DNA from: an uncultured Desulfosarcina sp.
GTDB lineage: Bacteria > Desulfobacterota > Desulfobacteria > Desulfobacterales > Desulfosarcinaceae
DNA length: 64,000 bases
Direction of reading: 5' to 3'
NCBI GenBank assembly: GCA_963674945.2
Contig: CAXXWQ010000002.1
Span: 320,001 to 384,000 of the forward strand
The translations under genes were made by a program, and so were the position numbers. Every line of letters begins with the position of its first letter. Position 1 is the first letter of the stretch. Of this stretch, positions 42,222-52,101 are shown piece by piece. The notes below the pieces were generated by a model. That model saw only the letters and a program-made list of their open reading frames with translations, was not told the DNA's origin and did not search any database.

Positions 42222-42489
42222 GAATAAATTGACTGATTCCATGCAGGAGGCGTCTGAGACACAATGCTGGATCGAATTCGCACATGCCTGTTCCTACATA
42301 ACAGCATCTACTTTCAGTGAATTGGACAAGGAATACGAACGAATTATTGCGATGCTAAATGGCATTGAGAAGCAAGCCAAGAAGTTCTGTTATTAATCAC
42401 AGTGAAAATCGGCTTTTCGGCTCTTCCGAGCTTCTTATCTTCGATGTTGCTGTAAGTTTAAGCTCCAAGCCATAAAACCGGGGGGCAAG

Positions 42490-43074
42490 ATGAACAAACA
42501 CCTTCAATACGCTATCTTTTTTATTGTCATCCTGATTCTGGCAACCTCCGTTGCCTATTCCCAAGAGACGCCGAAAGAAGAGTCAAAGGATATTTATGTC
42601 ATCGGAAATGGTGATGTTCTCGAAATCGTGACATGGAAAGAACCGGACTTTTCCCGGGAAGAGATCCTGGTTCGACTGGACGGCCGGATTTCCTTTCCAC
42701 TTCTTAACGATCTGGTTGCGGCCGGCAAAACCCCCATTCAATTGAAATTTGAAATCGAGAATCAGCTCAAGGATTTCGTAACCGATCCCAATGTTACCGT
42801 TACGGTGACGATCGGGGCGAGCAAACGGTTTTACATTTTGGGGGAAGTGGTCAATACGGGTGAATATCCTCTTGTAAAAAAGCTCACTGTCTTGCAGGCG
42901 TTCGCGGTTGCCGGTGGTTTCACCGAATGGGCATCCAAGAAAGAGATCATTTTGTTTCGACGGGAGGGCAAGAAGGAAACCGTTCTCAGAATCGATTACC
43001 GGGATATTATAAAGGGCAAGGACTTCAGCAAGAATGTGGAAATCCAGCCTGACGATACGATCATCGTACCGTAG
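42490..43074 (+). CDS. Polysaccharide export protein (Wza-like, Poly_export plus SLBB)
   Basis: Signal peptide; YVIGNGDVLEI, DGRISFPL, GEVVNTG, AGGFT, PDDTIIVP. Confidence 0.92.
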   Translation: MNKHLQYAIFFIVILILATSVAYSQETPKEESKDIYVIGNGDVLEIVTWKEPDFSREEILVRLDGRISFPLLNDLVAAGKTPIQLKFEIENQLKDFVTDPNVTVTVTIGASKRFYILGEVVNTGEYPLVKKLTVLQAFAVAGGFTEWASKKEIILFRREGKKETVLRIDYRDIIKGKDFSKNVEIQPDDTIIVP

Positions 43075-43448
43075 AATTCGCCACGGCCCCACACGGACGC
43101 ACACAGATAAAAGAGAAAAGATAATTCGCCACGGACCCACACGGACGCACACGGACAAGAAAGAAAAGATAATTCGCCACGGCCCCACACGGACGCACAC
43201 GGACAAGAAAGGAAAGATAAATTGGCCACGGACCCACACGGACCCACACAGACAAAACAAGTAAATACTTGCCTTCGGCAAAAAACAAAGAAGCCCATAA
43301 AAACGCAGAAGTTGATCATTCGGTTTACGTTTTTCCAGCCGCAGGCTGCAGTTAACCCGTCCGTGTGCGTCCGTGTGTGTCCGTGGCCAATTTCCAGCCG
43401 CAGGCTGCAAACATAACCCGTCCGTGTAAGTCGGTGTGTGTCCGTGGC
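43075..43448. repeat. Modular palindromic decamer element (family C) E1
   Basis: Four ~48-bp left units (ccacggacccacacggacgcacac), a ~95-bp core, and right units (gtccgtgtgcgtccgtgtgtgtccgtggc). Confidence 0.93.
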
Positions 43449-43472
43449 AAAAATTAAAAAACAGGAAAAAAG

Positions 43473-44462
43473 GTGAAAAAAAATTTTAACGAAGCGATCC
43501 TGAAGCTCGATCCGGAAGTTGAAGCCGAAGCCATCTGCAATCAGATCAAAACCCTCATGGCCAGACAGATCAAACGGCGTGGTCTTGTGGTCGCTCTTTC
43601 CGGCGGTATCGACAGCAGTGTCAGTGTGGCACTGGCAGCAAAGGCGTTGGGACCCGAACGGGTCGTCGCCCTCTTGATGCCCGAACGGCACTCGTCGGAG
43701 AATACCCTGGACCTGAGTCGATCGGTCGCCGAGGCCTTCGGGGTGAAATGGTTCCACGAGGACATCTCCGGCGTTCTCGAGGCGTTGGGGTTCTACCGGC
43801 GATACGACGATGCGGTCCGCCGGGTGATACCCGAGTATGGCGATGGATGGAAATCCAAGATCGTCATTCCAAACGTGATGGACTCCAAAGGGTTCAACCT
43901 GTTTTCCATCGTGGCCCAGCGTCCCGATGGGAGCCAGCTCCGAAAGCGGCTGCCGCTTACGGCCTATCTGGAGATCGTCGCCGCCACAAACTTCAAACAG
44001 CGGACCCGTAAGATGTTCGAGTACTATTACGCCGACCGCTTCAATTATGCCGTGGTGGGAACGCCCAATCGACTGGAATACGACCAGGGGTTCTTCGTCA
44101 AGCTCGGCGATGGTGCCGCCGACATCAAGCCCATCGCCCACTTATACAAGACGCAGGTGTACCAGATGGCCAAACACCTGGGTGTGCCGGAGCGAATCTG
44201 CCATCGGCCGCCCACCACCGACACCTATTCCATGGCCCAGGGGCAGGACGAATTCTACTTTTCCCTGCCGTACCACAAGATGGATCTGTGCCTGTACGGC
44301 AAGAATAACGGCTACGCACCCCATGAGATTGCCGATACCCTGAACTTGACCGCCGAACAGGTCCAGCGGGTGTACGACGATATCGACACCAAGCGATCGA
44401 CGACCCGATACCTGCATCTGGCACCGCAGCTGATCCGGGATGTGCCTGAGATTAGAAATTAG
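43473..44462 (+). CDS. nadE: NH3-dependent NAD+ synthetase-like protein (EPS-locus paralog)
   Basis: ALSGGIDSS, NFKQRTRK, GTPNRLE, GFFVKLGDG, PIAHLYKTQVY, PPTTD. Confidence 0.85.
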   Translation: MKKNFNEAILKLDPEVEAEAICNQIKTLMARQIKRRGLVVALSGGIDSSVSVALAAKALGPERVVALLMPERHSSENTLDLSRSVAEAFGVKWFHEDISGVLEALGFYRRYDDAVRRVIPEYGDGWKSKIVIPNVMDSKGFNLFSIVAQRPDGSQLRKRLPLTAYLEIVAATNFKQRTRKMFEYYYADRFNYAVVGTPNRLEYDQGFFVKLGDGAADIKPIAHLYKTQVYQMAKHLGVPERICHRPPTTDTYSMAQGQDEFYFSLPYHKMDLCLYGKNNGYAPHEIADTLNLTAEQVQRVYDDIDTKRSTTRYLHLAPQLIRDVPEIRN

Positions 44463-44749
44463 CCACAGGCACACACAGACGAAAAAGAGAAGATAAATTG
44501 GCCACGGACGCACACGGATAAAAGAGAAAAGATAAATTGGCCACAGACCCACACGGACCCACACAGACAAAACAAGTAAATACTTGCCTTCGGCAAAAAA
44601 CAGAGAAGTCCATAAAAAAGCGGAAGTAGATCTAGATCATTCGGTTTACGTTTTTCCAGCCGCAGGCTGCAGTTAACCCGTCCGTGTGCGTCCGTGGCAA
44701 AACTTCAGCCGAAGGCTGCACGCATAACTTGTCCGTGTGTGTCCGTGGC
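44461..44749. repeat. Family C element E2
   Basis: Left units, core and right units; starts at the nadE stop. Confidence 0.92.
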
Positions 44750-44780
44750 AATAAGTTAGAATCAGGAGCAAGTACATATA

Positions 44781-45026
44781 ATGAGTGAAACGAAAACGAA
44801 AATCAGAGAATTCATCGTAGAAAACTTCCTCTTCGGCAACGCCAATGGCCTTGCCGACGACACCTCTTTCTTGGAAGAGGGGATCATCGATTCAACCGGC
44901 GTGCTGGAGCTGGTCACGTTTCTGGAAGAGACGTTTGAAATTCAGGTGGACGACGAAGAGCTGATCCCGGAAAACCTCGATTCCATCGGCAACGTTACGG
45001 CCTATCTGGAACGTAAATTGGGGTAA
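44781..45026 (+). CDS. Acyl carrier protein
   Basis: Acidic 81 aa; GIIDSTGVLELV phosphopantetheine site; LIPENLDSI. Confidence 0.92.
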   Translation: MSETKTKIREFIVENFLFGNANGLADDTSFLEEGIIDSTGVLELVTFLEETFEIQVDDEELIPENLDSIGNVTAYLERKLG

Positions 45027-45050
45027 AAATAGACTCTCGCAGCGTCGCAG

Positions 45051-45275
45051 AGCCCATAAAAACGCAGAAGTTGATCATTCGGTTTGCGTTTTTCCAGCCA
45101 ACGGCTGCATTTAACCCTTCCGTGTGGGTCCGTGTGGGTCCGTGTGGGTCCGTGTGTTTTCGTGGCCAATTCCAGCCGTAGGCTGTAAAAAAACCGTCTG
45201 TGTGAGTCCGTGTGTGTCCGTGGCCAATTCCCAGCCGCAGGCTGAACAAAAACCCGTCCGTGTGCGTCCGTGGCA
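45051..45275. repeat. Family C element E3 (partial core plus right units)
   Basis: agcccataaaaacgcagaagttgatcattcgg core followed by (ccgtgtgggt)n. Confidence 0.88.
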
Positions 45276-45290
45276 AAATAATATAGCCAC

Positions 45291-45680
45291 CTACTGCCAA
45301 GAATATAGTGACAGACCGGCAATATTTTGTAACAGTTCGAAATGATGGTCGAACGAAAAAAGTGTGCATTGGTGTTGGACAGCATTCTGAGCGATGATTA
45401 AATCGGGAACCCCGATTCCATTTATCCCGTTTTTCAAACATCTGTATTGCCAATGGACAAGTTGATGCCATTGGATGTTGATGTCAAGCCGATAGATGCT
45501 ATGTAACAACCCGATGAGTTTCCGTTGATTGCGGAGCCTTAGAAAAGGGACGAGTTCGGTAAGAATCATATCATTGATGGCAACAAGGTTTTCATCGATC
45601 AGAAAATTCAGCTGCGTGTCATCGCCATCACCCCTGAAATAGGCGATCCAAACTGAAGAATCGATAAGAACCGTCATCAT
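45291..45680 (-). CDS. vapC: PIN-domain toxin (VapC family)
   Basis: VLIDSSVWI, ILTEL, PDLIIA, SFDHHF. Confidence 0.88.
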   Translation of the reverse strand: MMTVLIDSSVWIAYFRGDGDDTQLNFLIDENLVAINDMILTELVPFLRLRNQRKLIGLLHSIYRLDINIQWHQLVHWQYRCLKNGINGIGVPDLIIAQNAVQHQCTLFSFDHHFELLQNIAGLSLYSWQ

Positions 45681-45871
45681 CGGCCCCGTAAATGATTCAG
45701 GTCAATCTCCAGATCTTTCAAACTACCTTTAAATTGTTTTAATTCAGCGATCTTGGTTTTGCGGATCAGTTCTTCCAACGCGACGATAATAACCTTGGTT
45801 TTTGTGTTAATGCGCGTTGCCTTCATTGCCTCGACCAAAAGATCGTTCGGTAAATCCAATGTCGTTCGCAT
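45677..45871 (-). CDS. vapB: VapB-type antitoxin
   Basis: MRTTLDLPNDLL..AM...TKTKVI..ALEELI; overlaps the toxin start. Confidence 0.85.
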   Translation of the reverse strand: MRTTLDLPNDLLVEAMKATRINTKTKVIIVALEELIRKTKIAELKQFKGSLKDLEIDLNHLRGR

Positions 45872-45954
45872 GATAGCTTCCTGTTAAGATTGGAACATTG
45901 GTTAACTTTATGCATAAAATTAACAATTAATGCATATATAGTCAAACACATTCG

Positions 45955-46316
45955 TCCGTGAGTGCCTTTGGCAAAAGAATAGATTGCCACCGACCCACAC
46001 AAACGGCCACCGACAAAAAAGAAAAGATAAATTCGCCACAGACCCACACAAACGGCCACAGACATAAGAAATAAAAGGTAACCTTCGACAAAATAACGAA
46101 TAAAATAGCGAGAACTACCGTTTCGACCGTATTTGCCTGTAACTAACCTGTCATTCAGCCGCAGGCTGAACAAAAACCCGTCCGTGTAGGTCCGTGTGTG
46201 TCCGTGGCCAATTCCAGCCGCAGGCTGTAAAAAAACCGTCTGTGTGAGTCCGTGTGTGTCCGTGGCCAATTCCCAGCCGAAGGCTGCAAGTTAATATGTC
46301 CGTGTGTGTCCGTGGC
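45955..46316. repeat. Family C element E4 (diverged core)
   Basis: Left units gccacagacccacacaaacggccac; right units with cagccgcaggctg hairpins. Confidence 0.85.
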
Positions 46317-46409
46317 AAAAATAAGAAAATAATCAAAATGCTCTGCGCCTCAGCGTTCTCGGGCGAAGCGGGCGAGAGATAAAGTAAGAATCTATGCCCA
46401 ATTATTAAA

Positions 46410-48077
46410 ATGTTAATTCATCAATTCTTAGAAAAATCCGCCAAACGCTATCCCGACAAGGTGGCCGTCGTTCACGAGAAGACGCGTGCTACCTACAGGC
46501 ATATAAACGAGAATGCAGAAAGACTTGCATCCTTTCTGATCGGCCGGGGCGTTACAAAAGGCGACCGGGTCGTGATCCAGCTGGAAAACAGCGTCGAATA
46601 CATCGTCGCCTACTACGGCATCCTGAAGGCCGGCGCCGTCGCAGTTCCCCTGAGCACGGACCTGAAGCCGGAAGGTCTCAACCCCTTGCTGGCAGAACTC
46701 GGACCTTCGGCGATCATTTCTGCTGCCCGTTTTGAGAGACTGCTGCAGGCGTCGGACCTGACCGTTCCCAATCTGAACACCCTGATCATCCATAACCCAA
46801 AGTTAAGCTGGGACGATCAGCCAATCACCGTCATCGCCTTCCAAGCCGTTATTGATCCAATAACGCTTCATAGAAATAAGATTCCGGCTCCAGATCAAGG
46901 CGGAGCCGAGTTTCAACCCGCAGTAATACAAAAGTATGTCGAGGACTTGGAAGGAGGCTCCAACGCCGATATTGAGCTGGAAGCTGTTTCGGTTACTTCT
47001 TCAGATATGGCCAGTATAATCTACACCTCCGGTTCTACCGGCAAATCCAAGGGGGTCATGCTCACCCACGGCAACATCGTCGCCAATGCGAATTCCATCT
47101 GCCAATACCTGCAATTGAGGGAGAGCGATATCCAGATGGTGGTGCTGCCGTTTTTCTATGTGATGGGAAAATCGCTTCTCAACACCATCATCGCCATCGG
47201 CGGAACGCTGGTGATCAACAATACATTCGCATTCCCCGCATCGGTGATCAACCAGATGATCGAAGAACGGGTTACCCTCTTTTCCGGCGTTCCTTCTACC
47301 TATGCGTACCTGCTTCATCGGTCACCTTTGAAAAAGAGCAGAGAGAAGCTTACAGATCTGCGAATGGTCACCCAGGCAGGCGGACACATGGCCCATTCGT
47401 TAAAAAAGCAATTGCAGGCCGCGCTCCCCGAACATACCCGGATCTGCATCATGTACGGTGCCACCGAGGCTTCGGCCCGTTTGACCTATTTGGATCCGGA
47501 TCGTTTCGAAGAGAAGATTGATTCCATCGGCCGGGCCATTCCCGGCGTGACAATAACCATCCGCGATGCCAATGGAGAAATCGTGCAACAGGGGGGGAAA
47601 GGGGAGATCGTCGCCACCGGTCCGAACATCATGCGGGGGTATTGGCAAGATCCCGAAGGGACGAAGGCCGTCCTGGATCAACATGGTTATCACACCGGCG
47701 ATATGGGATGGCAGGATGAACAGGGATTTATTTTCGTCGAAGGTCGGAAAGACGACATGCTCAAGGTGGGCGGGCATCGAATCAATCCCCAGGAGATCGA
47801 AGATGCGGTCCTGGCGACGCAGCTGGTTGTGGAAGCGTCGGTGGTGGGCATACCGGATTCCCTTCTCGGTACCCGCATGGCCGCCCTGGTCGTTTTGCTA
47901 AACGGCGATGTCTCTATCACAACAATCATGGAAAAATGCGCTGGGACCCTGCCCAAATACAAACTGCCAAGTGAAATCAAGGTGGTTCGATCCTTGCCGA
48001 AAAACGCCAACGGTAAAGTCGACAAGAAGAGGTGTATGGAAATTCTCACCAAAGAGAATTTAGCGAATAGCTCATAG
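46410..48077 (+). CDS. Adenylate-forming acyl-CoA/acyl-ACP ligase (exosortase A-associated type)
   Basis: IIYTSGSTGKSKGV, MYGATE, HTGD, GRKDDMLK, LPKNANGKVD. Confidence 0.9.
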   Translation: MLIHQFLEKSAKRYPDKVAVVHEKTRATYRHINENAERLASFLIGRGVTKGDRVVIQLENSVEYIVAYYGILKAGAVAVPLSTDLKPEGLNPLLAELGPSAIISAARFERLLQASDLTVPNLNTLIIHNPKLSWDDQPITVIAFQAVIDPITLHRNKIPAPDQGGAEFQPAVIQKYVEDLEGGSNADIELEAVSVTSSDMASIIYTSGSTGKSKGVMLTHGNIVANANSICQYLQLRESDIQMVVLPFFYVMGKSLLNTIIAIGGTLVINNTFAFPASVINQMIEERVTLFSGVPSTYAYLLHRSPLKKSREKLTDLRMVTQAGGHMAHSLKKQLQAALPEHTRICIMYGATEASARLTYLDPDRFEEKIDSIGRAIPGVTITIRDANGEIVQQGGKGEIVATGPNIMRGYWQDPEGTKAVLDQHGYHTGDMGWQDEQGFIFVEGRKDDMLKVGGHRINPQEIEDAVLATQLVVEASVVGIPDSLLGTRMAALVVLLNGDVSITTIMEKCAGTLPKYKLPSEIKVVRSLPKNANGKVDKKRCMEILTKENLANSS

Positions 48078-48249
48078 GGGGTAGCGTCTATGAAAGAAAA
48101 AACCTTCATATAAACTATTGACATTGCATAAGTTACAAGGAAATCAGCTATCAGCTGTCACGTCCGTGTGAGTCTGTGGCGAAATTTAGAATTCAAAACT
48201 CAAAATTAATAATTGCTGATTGATGGTGTGTCCGTAGCCAAAGATAAAA

Positions 48250-49107
48250 ATGCCCAAGACCAATATCACCAATTATCTAACCATCGACGTCGAGGATTAT
48301 TTTCAGGTATCGGCCTTTGAAAAGGCGATCGATCCAGCATCCTGGGATACGTATGAATCCAGAGTTGTCGATAACACAAAGTTATTGCTTGATATTTTAT
48401 GCGATCGAGGCGTGAACGCCACTTTTTTCATCGTGGGCTGGATCGCCGAACGCTATCCAAAGATGGTTCGCATGATATGCGACCAGGGCCATGAAATCGC
48501 CTGCCACAGCTATATGCATCGAAAGGTGTATGACCTGGGGCCGAAATCCTTTATGGCTGATACCATCCGGGCCAAATCGACCTTGGAGGATATTATCGGG
48601 GATCCCGTCATCGGGTATCGGGCACCGAGTTATTCCATCACCCGCAAATCGTTGTGGGCATTGGATATTTTGGCAGAATTGGGATTCGAATACGACTCCA
48701 GTATCTTTCCCACCTACCACGACAATTACGGCATTCCCGATGCGCCACGATTCGCCTATACCTTGCCGAAACAACAGATGACCGAGTATCCCATCTCCAC
48801 GTTACAATTTATGGGGAAAAACGTTCCCGTATCCGGCGGCGGCTATTTCCGGCTGTTTCCCTATGCAGTCACGAGAAAGGCCCTGAAACGGATCAATGAG
48901 AAGGAGAGACAACCATTCGTTTTCTATCTTCATCCCTGGGAGGTCGACCCCGATCAACCGCGCGTTCGAAATTCCAGTCCCCTGTCCCGTTTTCGACACT
49001 ACATTAACCTGAAGTCGACGCGAGACAAGTTCCAACGATTGTTGGATGATTTTTCATTTGGCCCTTTCAGGAAATTAGCCACAGACACACATAGAAGCAT
49101 CAGCTGA
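48250..49107 (+). CDS. XrtA-system polysaccharide deacetylase
   Basis: TIDVEDYFQV, ATFF, GHEIACHS, GYRAPSYSI, GGGYFRL, YLHPWEVDPDQPR. Confidence 0.92.
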   Translation: MPKTNITNYLTIDVEDYFQVSAFEKAIDPASWDTYESRVVDNTKLLLDILCDRGVNATFFIVGWIAERYPKMVRMICDQGHEIACHSYMHRKVYDLGPKSFMADTIRAKSTLEDIIGDPVIGYRAPSYSITRKSLWALDILAELGFEYDSSIFPTYHDNYGIPDAPRFAYTLPKQQMTEYPISTLQFMGKNVPVSGGGYFRLFPYAVTRKALKRINEKERQPFVFYLHPWEVDPDQPRVRNSSPLSRFRHYINLKSTRDKFQRLLDDFSFGPFRKLATDTHRSIS

Positions 49108-49145
49108 TAGCTCATAGCTGATAAGCTTATAGTGAATAGCAATAT

Positions 49146-49505
49146 ATGAAACTTTCTTTCGAAAATCTCAAAGTTTACCAAAAGGCTTTAGATTTTTCAG
49201 TAAGCGTCATAGATGCAATTGAGGAATTTGAAACACCACGAAAACATTATCGGCTGATAGAACAACTGGAGGCAGCATGCACGTCAATACCGATGAACAT
49301 TTCGGAGGGAAAGGGTCGTTACTCAAAGAAAGAATTCAAGCACTTTCTTTACATAGCCAGAGGCAGTCTTTATGAGACCGTTACGATGCTCCAAATATTC
49401 AGAAAAAAGGACTGGCCAAAAACCGAGAATTACAATTTATTATACCATGACGCAGAAGAAATAAATAAAATGTTATCCGGCCTGATCGCTACCATCAAAA
49501 CATGA
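49146..49505 (+). CDS. Four-helix-bundle protein (23S IVP/Avd-like)
   Basis: FENLKVYQKA, QLEAACTSIPMNISEGKGR, FLYIARGSLYE. Confidence 0.9.
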   Translation: MKLSFENLKVYQKALDFSVSVIDAIEEFETPRKHYRLIEQLEAACTSIPMNISEGKGRYSKKEFKHFLYIARGSLYETVTMLQIFRKKDWPKTENYNLLYHDAEEINKMLSGLIATIKT

Positions 49506-49516
49506 TCTATTTTTTT

Positions 49517-49584
49517 TATCAGCTATCAGCTATCAGCTATCAGCTATCAGCTATCAGCTATCAGCTATGAGCTATGAGCTATGA
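49517..49584. repeat. Heptamer tandem repeat (GCTATCA)x6 plus (GCTATGA)x3
   Basis: Directly visible; complementary arm gctgatagctcatagctgata at 49103-49123; the last unit supplies the ATG at 49581. Confidence 0.95.
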
Positions 49585-50927
49585 CCTATCACATCACCCA
49601 CCTGGGAGCAGAACACTGCGTTACCGGATCATGCCACCTGATCCGGGCCAACGGTCTGACCATCATGGTCGATTGCGGCGCGGCCCAGGGAAGCGATCCG
49701 GATACCCGGATGGACCAATGGCCCGTCAGGCCAAGCGAAATCGACTACCTTTTTTTGACCCACGCCCACATCGACCACATCGGGCGTGTACCGGAGCTGA
49801 TCCGGCATGGTTTCAACGGTGAGATCATCTGTTCCCATCCCACCCGGGCGCTGCTTTTTCCCATGCTGGCCGATGCCATGAAGTTCGCCGATATTTCGGA
49901 AAAGGCTGCCGCAAGCATGCAACAGACCCTCGACGATTTGTCATGGGGTTTCGAATACGAAGAACCCTTCGACCTGGAAAAGGGGATCTCGTTTCAGCTG
50001 AAACGGGCAGGACATATTCTGGGATCCACATTCATCCGCTTTCAGGACGACGCCACCGGGTGGTCGGTGATCTTCTCCGGCGATCTGGGCGCCACGGACA
50101 CTCCCATTTTGCCGGATCCCGATCCTCCCCAATGTGCCGACCTGGTGATCATGGAATCCACTTACGGGGATCGGTTCCATGACGACCGCAAAGAAAGGGT
50201 GCGACGCCTGGGGCAGGTGCTGGCCCATGCACTGGCCGACCGGGGAAAGGTGTTCATTCCGGCGTTTTCTTTGGGACGCGCCCAGGAATTGCTCTATGAA
50301 ATGGACCGCCTGTTTTCGGATCCGGATTACCGGAGTCTGTTTCCCGCGCTCCAGGGCCAGAAACGGCTGCCGGTGTTCGTCGACTCCCCCCTCGGCCTGG
50401 AGATCACCCGGATCTATGCCCGTCTTTCCGAATTCTGGGACAAGGACGCCAAGGATCTTCATCGTGCCGGCGACCATCCACTGGATTTCGAAGGTCTGTA
50501 TGCGGTAGAAAGCCATCGTGATCACCTGGCGCTGTGCGATGCAAACGGTCCGGCGGTCATTCTCGCCGGAAGCGGCATGTGCACCGGCGGAAGAATCCTC
50601 GATCATCTCAAAACGGGAATCGATGATCCTGCCAACGACGTTCTTTTCGTCGGCTACCAGGCCCATGGTACGCCCGGACGAACGATCCGGAATCATGCCG
50701 CCAAGCCTGGTGCGTTCGTCGAACTCGATGGCGCGCATTTTCCCATCAAGGCGCAGATTCATACCCTTTCCGGATATTCGGCCCACGCGGACCAGAAAGG
50801 CCTCATCCATTGGATTGCGTCCATGCCTGGAAAGCCGGGGGCCATCAAATTGGTGCATGGGGAAAAGCGGGCACGTGCGGTACTTGCCGAAGCGTTAACA
50901 AAACGGGGACATTCCATAGCGCCATGA
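49581..50927 (+). CDS. MBL-fold beta-CASP hydrolase (putative RNase)
   Basis: VTGSC, VDCG, THAHIDH, AGHILG, FSGDLG, MESTYG, SGMCTGGRI, SAHAD. Confidence 0.92.
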   Translation: MTYHITHLGAEHCVTGSCHLIRANGLTIMVDCGAAQGSDPDTRMDQWPVRPSEIDYLFLTHAHIDHIGRVPELIRHGFNGEIICSHPTRALLFPMLADAMKFADISEKAAASMQQTLDDLSWGFEYEEPFDLEKGISFQLKRAGHILGSTFIRFQDDATGWSVIFSGDLGATDTPILPDPDPPQCADLVIMESTYGDRFHDDRKERVRRLGQVLAHALADRGKVFIPAFSLGRAQELLYEMDRLFSDPDYRSLFPALQGQKRLPVFVDSPLGLEITRIYARLSEFWDKDAKDLHRAGDHPLDFEGLYAVESHRDHLALCDANGPAVILAGSGMCTGGRILDHLKTGIDDPANDVLFVGYQAHGTPGRTIRNHAAKPGAFVELDGAHFPIKAQIHTLSGYSAHADQKGLIHWIASMPGKPGAIKLVHGEKRARAVLAEALTKRGHSIAP

Positions 50928-51187
50928 GGCTGGCGGATAAAAGTGATCAGTGATGGGTGATAGGAAAAGAGGCCGTAGGCGATAGGCTACAGGTTATCGG
51001 CGGACGGTAGCGTGGGCGACAAATGTTGAATTATGAATTGATAATGTTGAATTCAGAACTCAACATGAATAATTGCTGTTTGATGGTGTGTCCGTGGCTA
51101 AAATAAAAGAAACCTCTTTGCGGTCTTGGCGTCTTGAGCAAAGCCGGCGGTGAAAAGAGATGCTTCACAGAAGCCAAAAACGCCGCA

Positions 51188-51231
51188 TTGACATTGCCGT
51201 CAGTAAGATTTATAAATGGTCAAGATGACCA
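51188..51231 (+). promoter_or_regulatory. Sigma70 promoter with adjacent palindromic operator for the TA pair
   Basis: TTGACA-N17-TATAAA followed by the tggtcaagatgacca palindrome. Confidence 0.7.
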
Positions 51232-51277
51232 TTTTGACTATCTTTTAGTGATGAACCAGCAAAAAAGTCAGATTCAG

Positions 51278-51402
51278 GATGGCTTCGTAAGAAGTTCGAG
51301 ATCAAGGCTTGCGAGCCCGGAGGAATGAGGCGTATGGTTGGATACGTCGCAATGACGAGGGGTGAAGCGTAACGCAGATATCGGGCTTTTTACGAAGCCA
51401 TC
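51278..51402 (+). repeat. Dispersed hairpin element, family A, copy 2
   Basis: gatggcttcgtaagaagt/gctttttacgaagccatc termini; homologous to the 16696 copy. Confidence 0.85.
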
Positions 51403-51419
51403 AAATATGGAGGCACTAC

Positions 51420-51698
51420 ATGCCGACTATATCGGTAGCCGAGGCAAAAAGCCATTTATCGGAACTCTTGGCGAAGAGCGCTTACAATAATGAAAAGTTT
51501 ATCATTACACGTCGCAACAAACCGATCGCCGCACTGGTCAGCATAGATGATTTACGGAAAATCGAACAATACGAAGAAAGAAAAGGGCTTTCCGATCTGA
51601 TCGGAAAATGGAGCGGGTTCGAGGAAATTTCCGAATTTATCGATGATGTAAAGGCCATTCGAAAAAAGGGCGGTACGGGTAGGGATGTATCTTTTTGA
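51420..51698 (+). CDS. Phd/YefM antitoxin
   Basis: ISVAEAKSHLSELL...IITRRNKPIAALVSIDD; GGAGG RBS. Confidence 0.9.
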   Translation: MPTISVAEAKSHLSELLAKSAYNNEKFIITRRNKPIAALVSIDDLRKIEQYEERKGLSDLIGKWSGFEEISEFIDDVKAIRKKGGTGRDVSF

Positions 51699-52101
51699 TA
51701 CAGACGTGATCAGCAATATTTTCAAGCCAAATCCATCTGAAGGGCTGCTCGTGAAGTTGGGCGGATTGGCCCAGACGGAGCAATTCATCTCAACGATTAC
51801 GATTTTCGAAATTGTTTATGGTGCAATAAAGAGCGGGCGTGCTGATTACCATTTGAATAATTTGAGAAACATTTTATTGCCCTCCGTCAATATCGTCGGA
51901 TTTGATACCAAAGCGGCTTTCGAATGTGGCCGCATTCGTGCCGAATTGGAAAATCAGGGGCGAAGGCTATCACTTGCGGATCTTCAGATCGCTTCCATTG
52001 CAATGGCCAACGAGTTGACACTGGTAACGGGAAATACAAAGCATTTTACGAGGGTCGATGGCCTGAAAGTTGAAAATTGGTTGCATCCCCTGAAAAAGTA
52101 G
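51685..52101 (+). CDS. vapC: PIN-domain toxin (VapC family)
   Basis: YLFDTDVIS, ISTITIFEI, ADLQIASIA, LVTGNTKHF. Confidence 0.92.
   Translation: MYLFDTDVISNIFKPNPSEGLLVKLGGLAQTEQFISTITIFEIVYGAIKSGRADYHLNNLRNILLPSVNIVGFDTKAAFECGRIRAELENQGRRLSLADLQIASIAMANELTLVTGNTKHFTRVDGLKVENWLHPLKK

Larger units (their letters stand above)
40352..42396 (+). pseudogene. Four-helix-bundle (23S IVP/Avd-like) gene interrupted by IS1380
   Basis: 5' part FRDLDVY...FPAEERYSMIDQIRRSSRSVCSNLAEG; after removing the IS it reads in frame ...AVFRNKLTDSMQEASETQCWIEFA...KKFCY stop at 42396. Confidence 0.9.
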
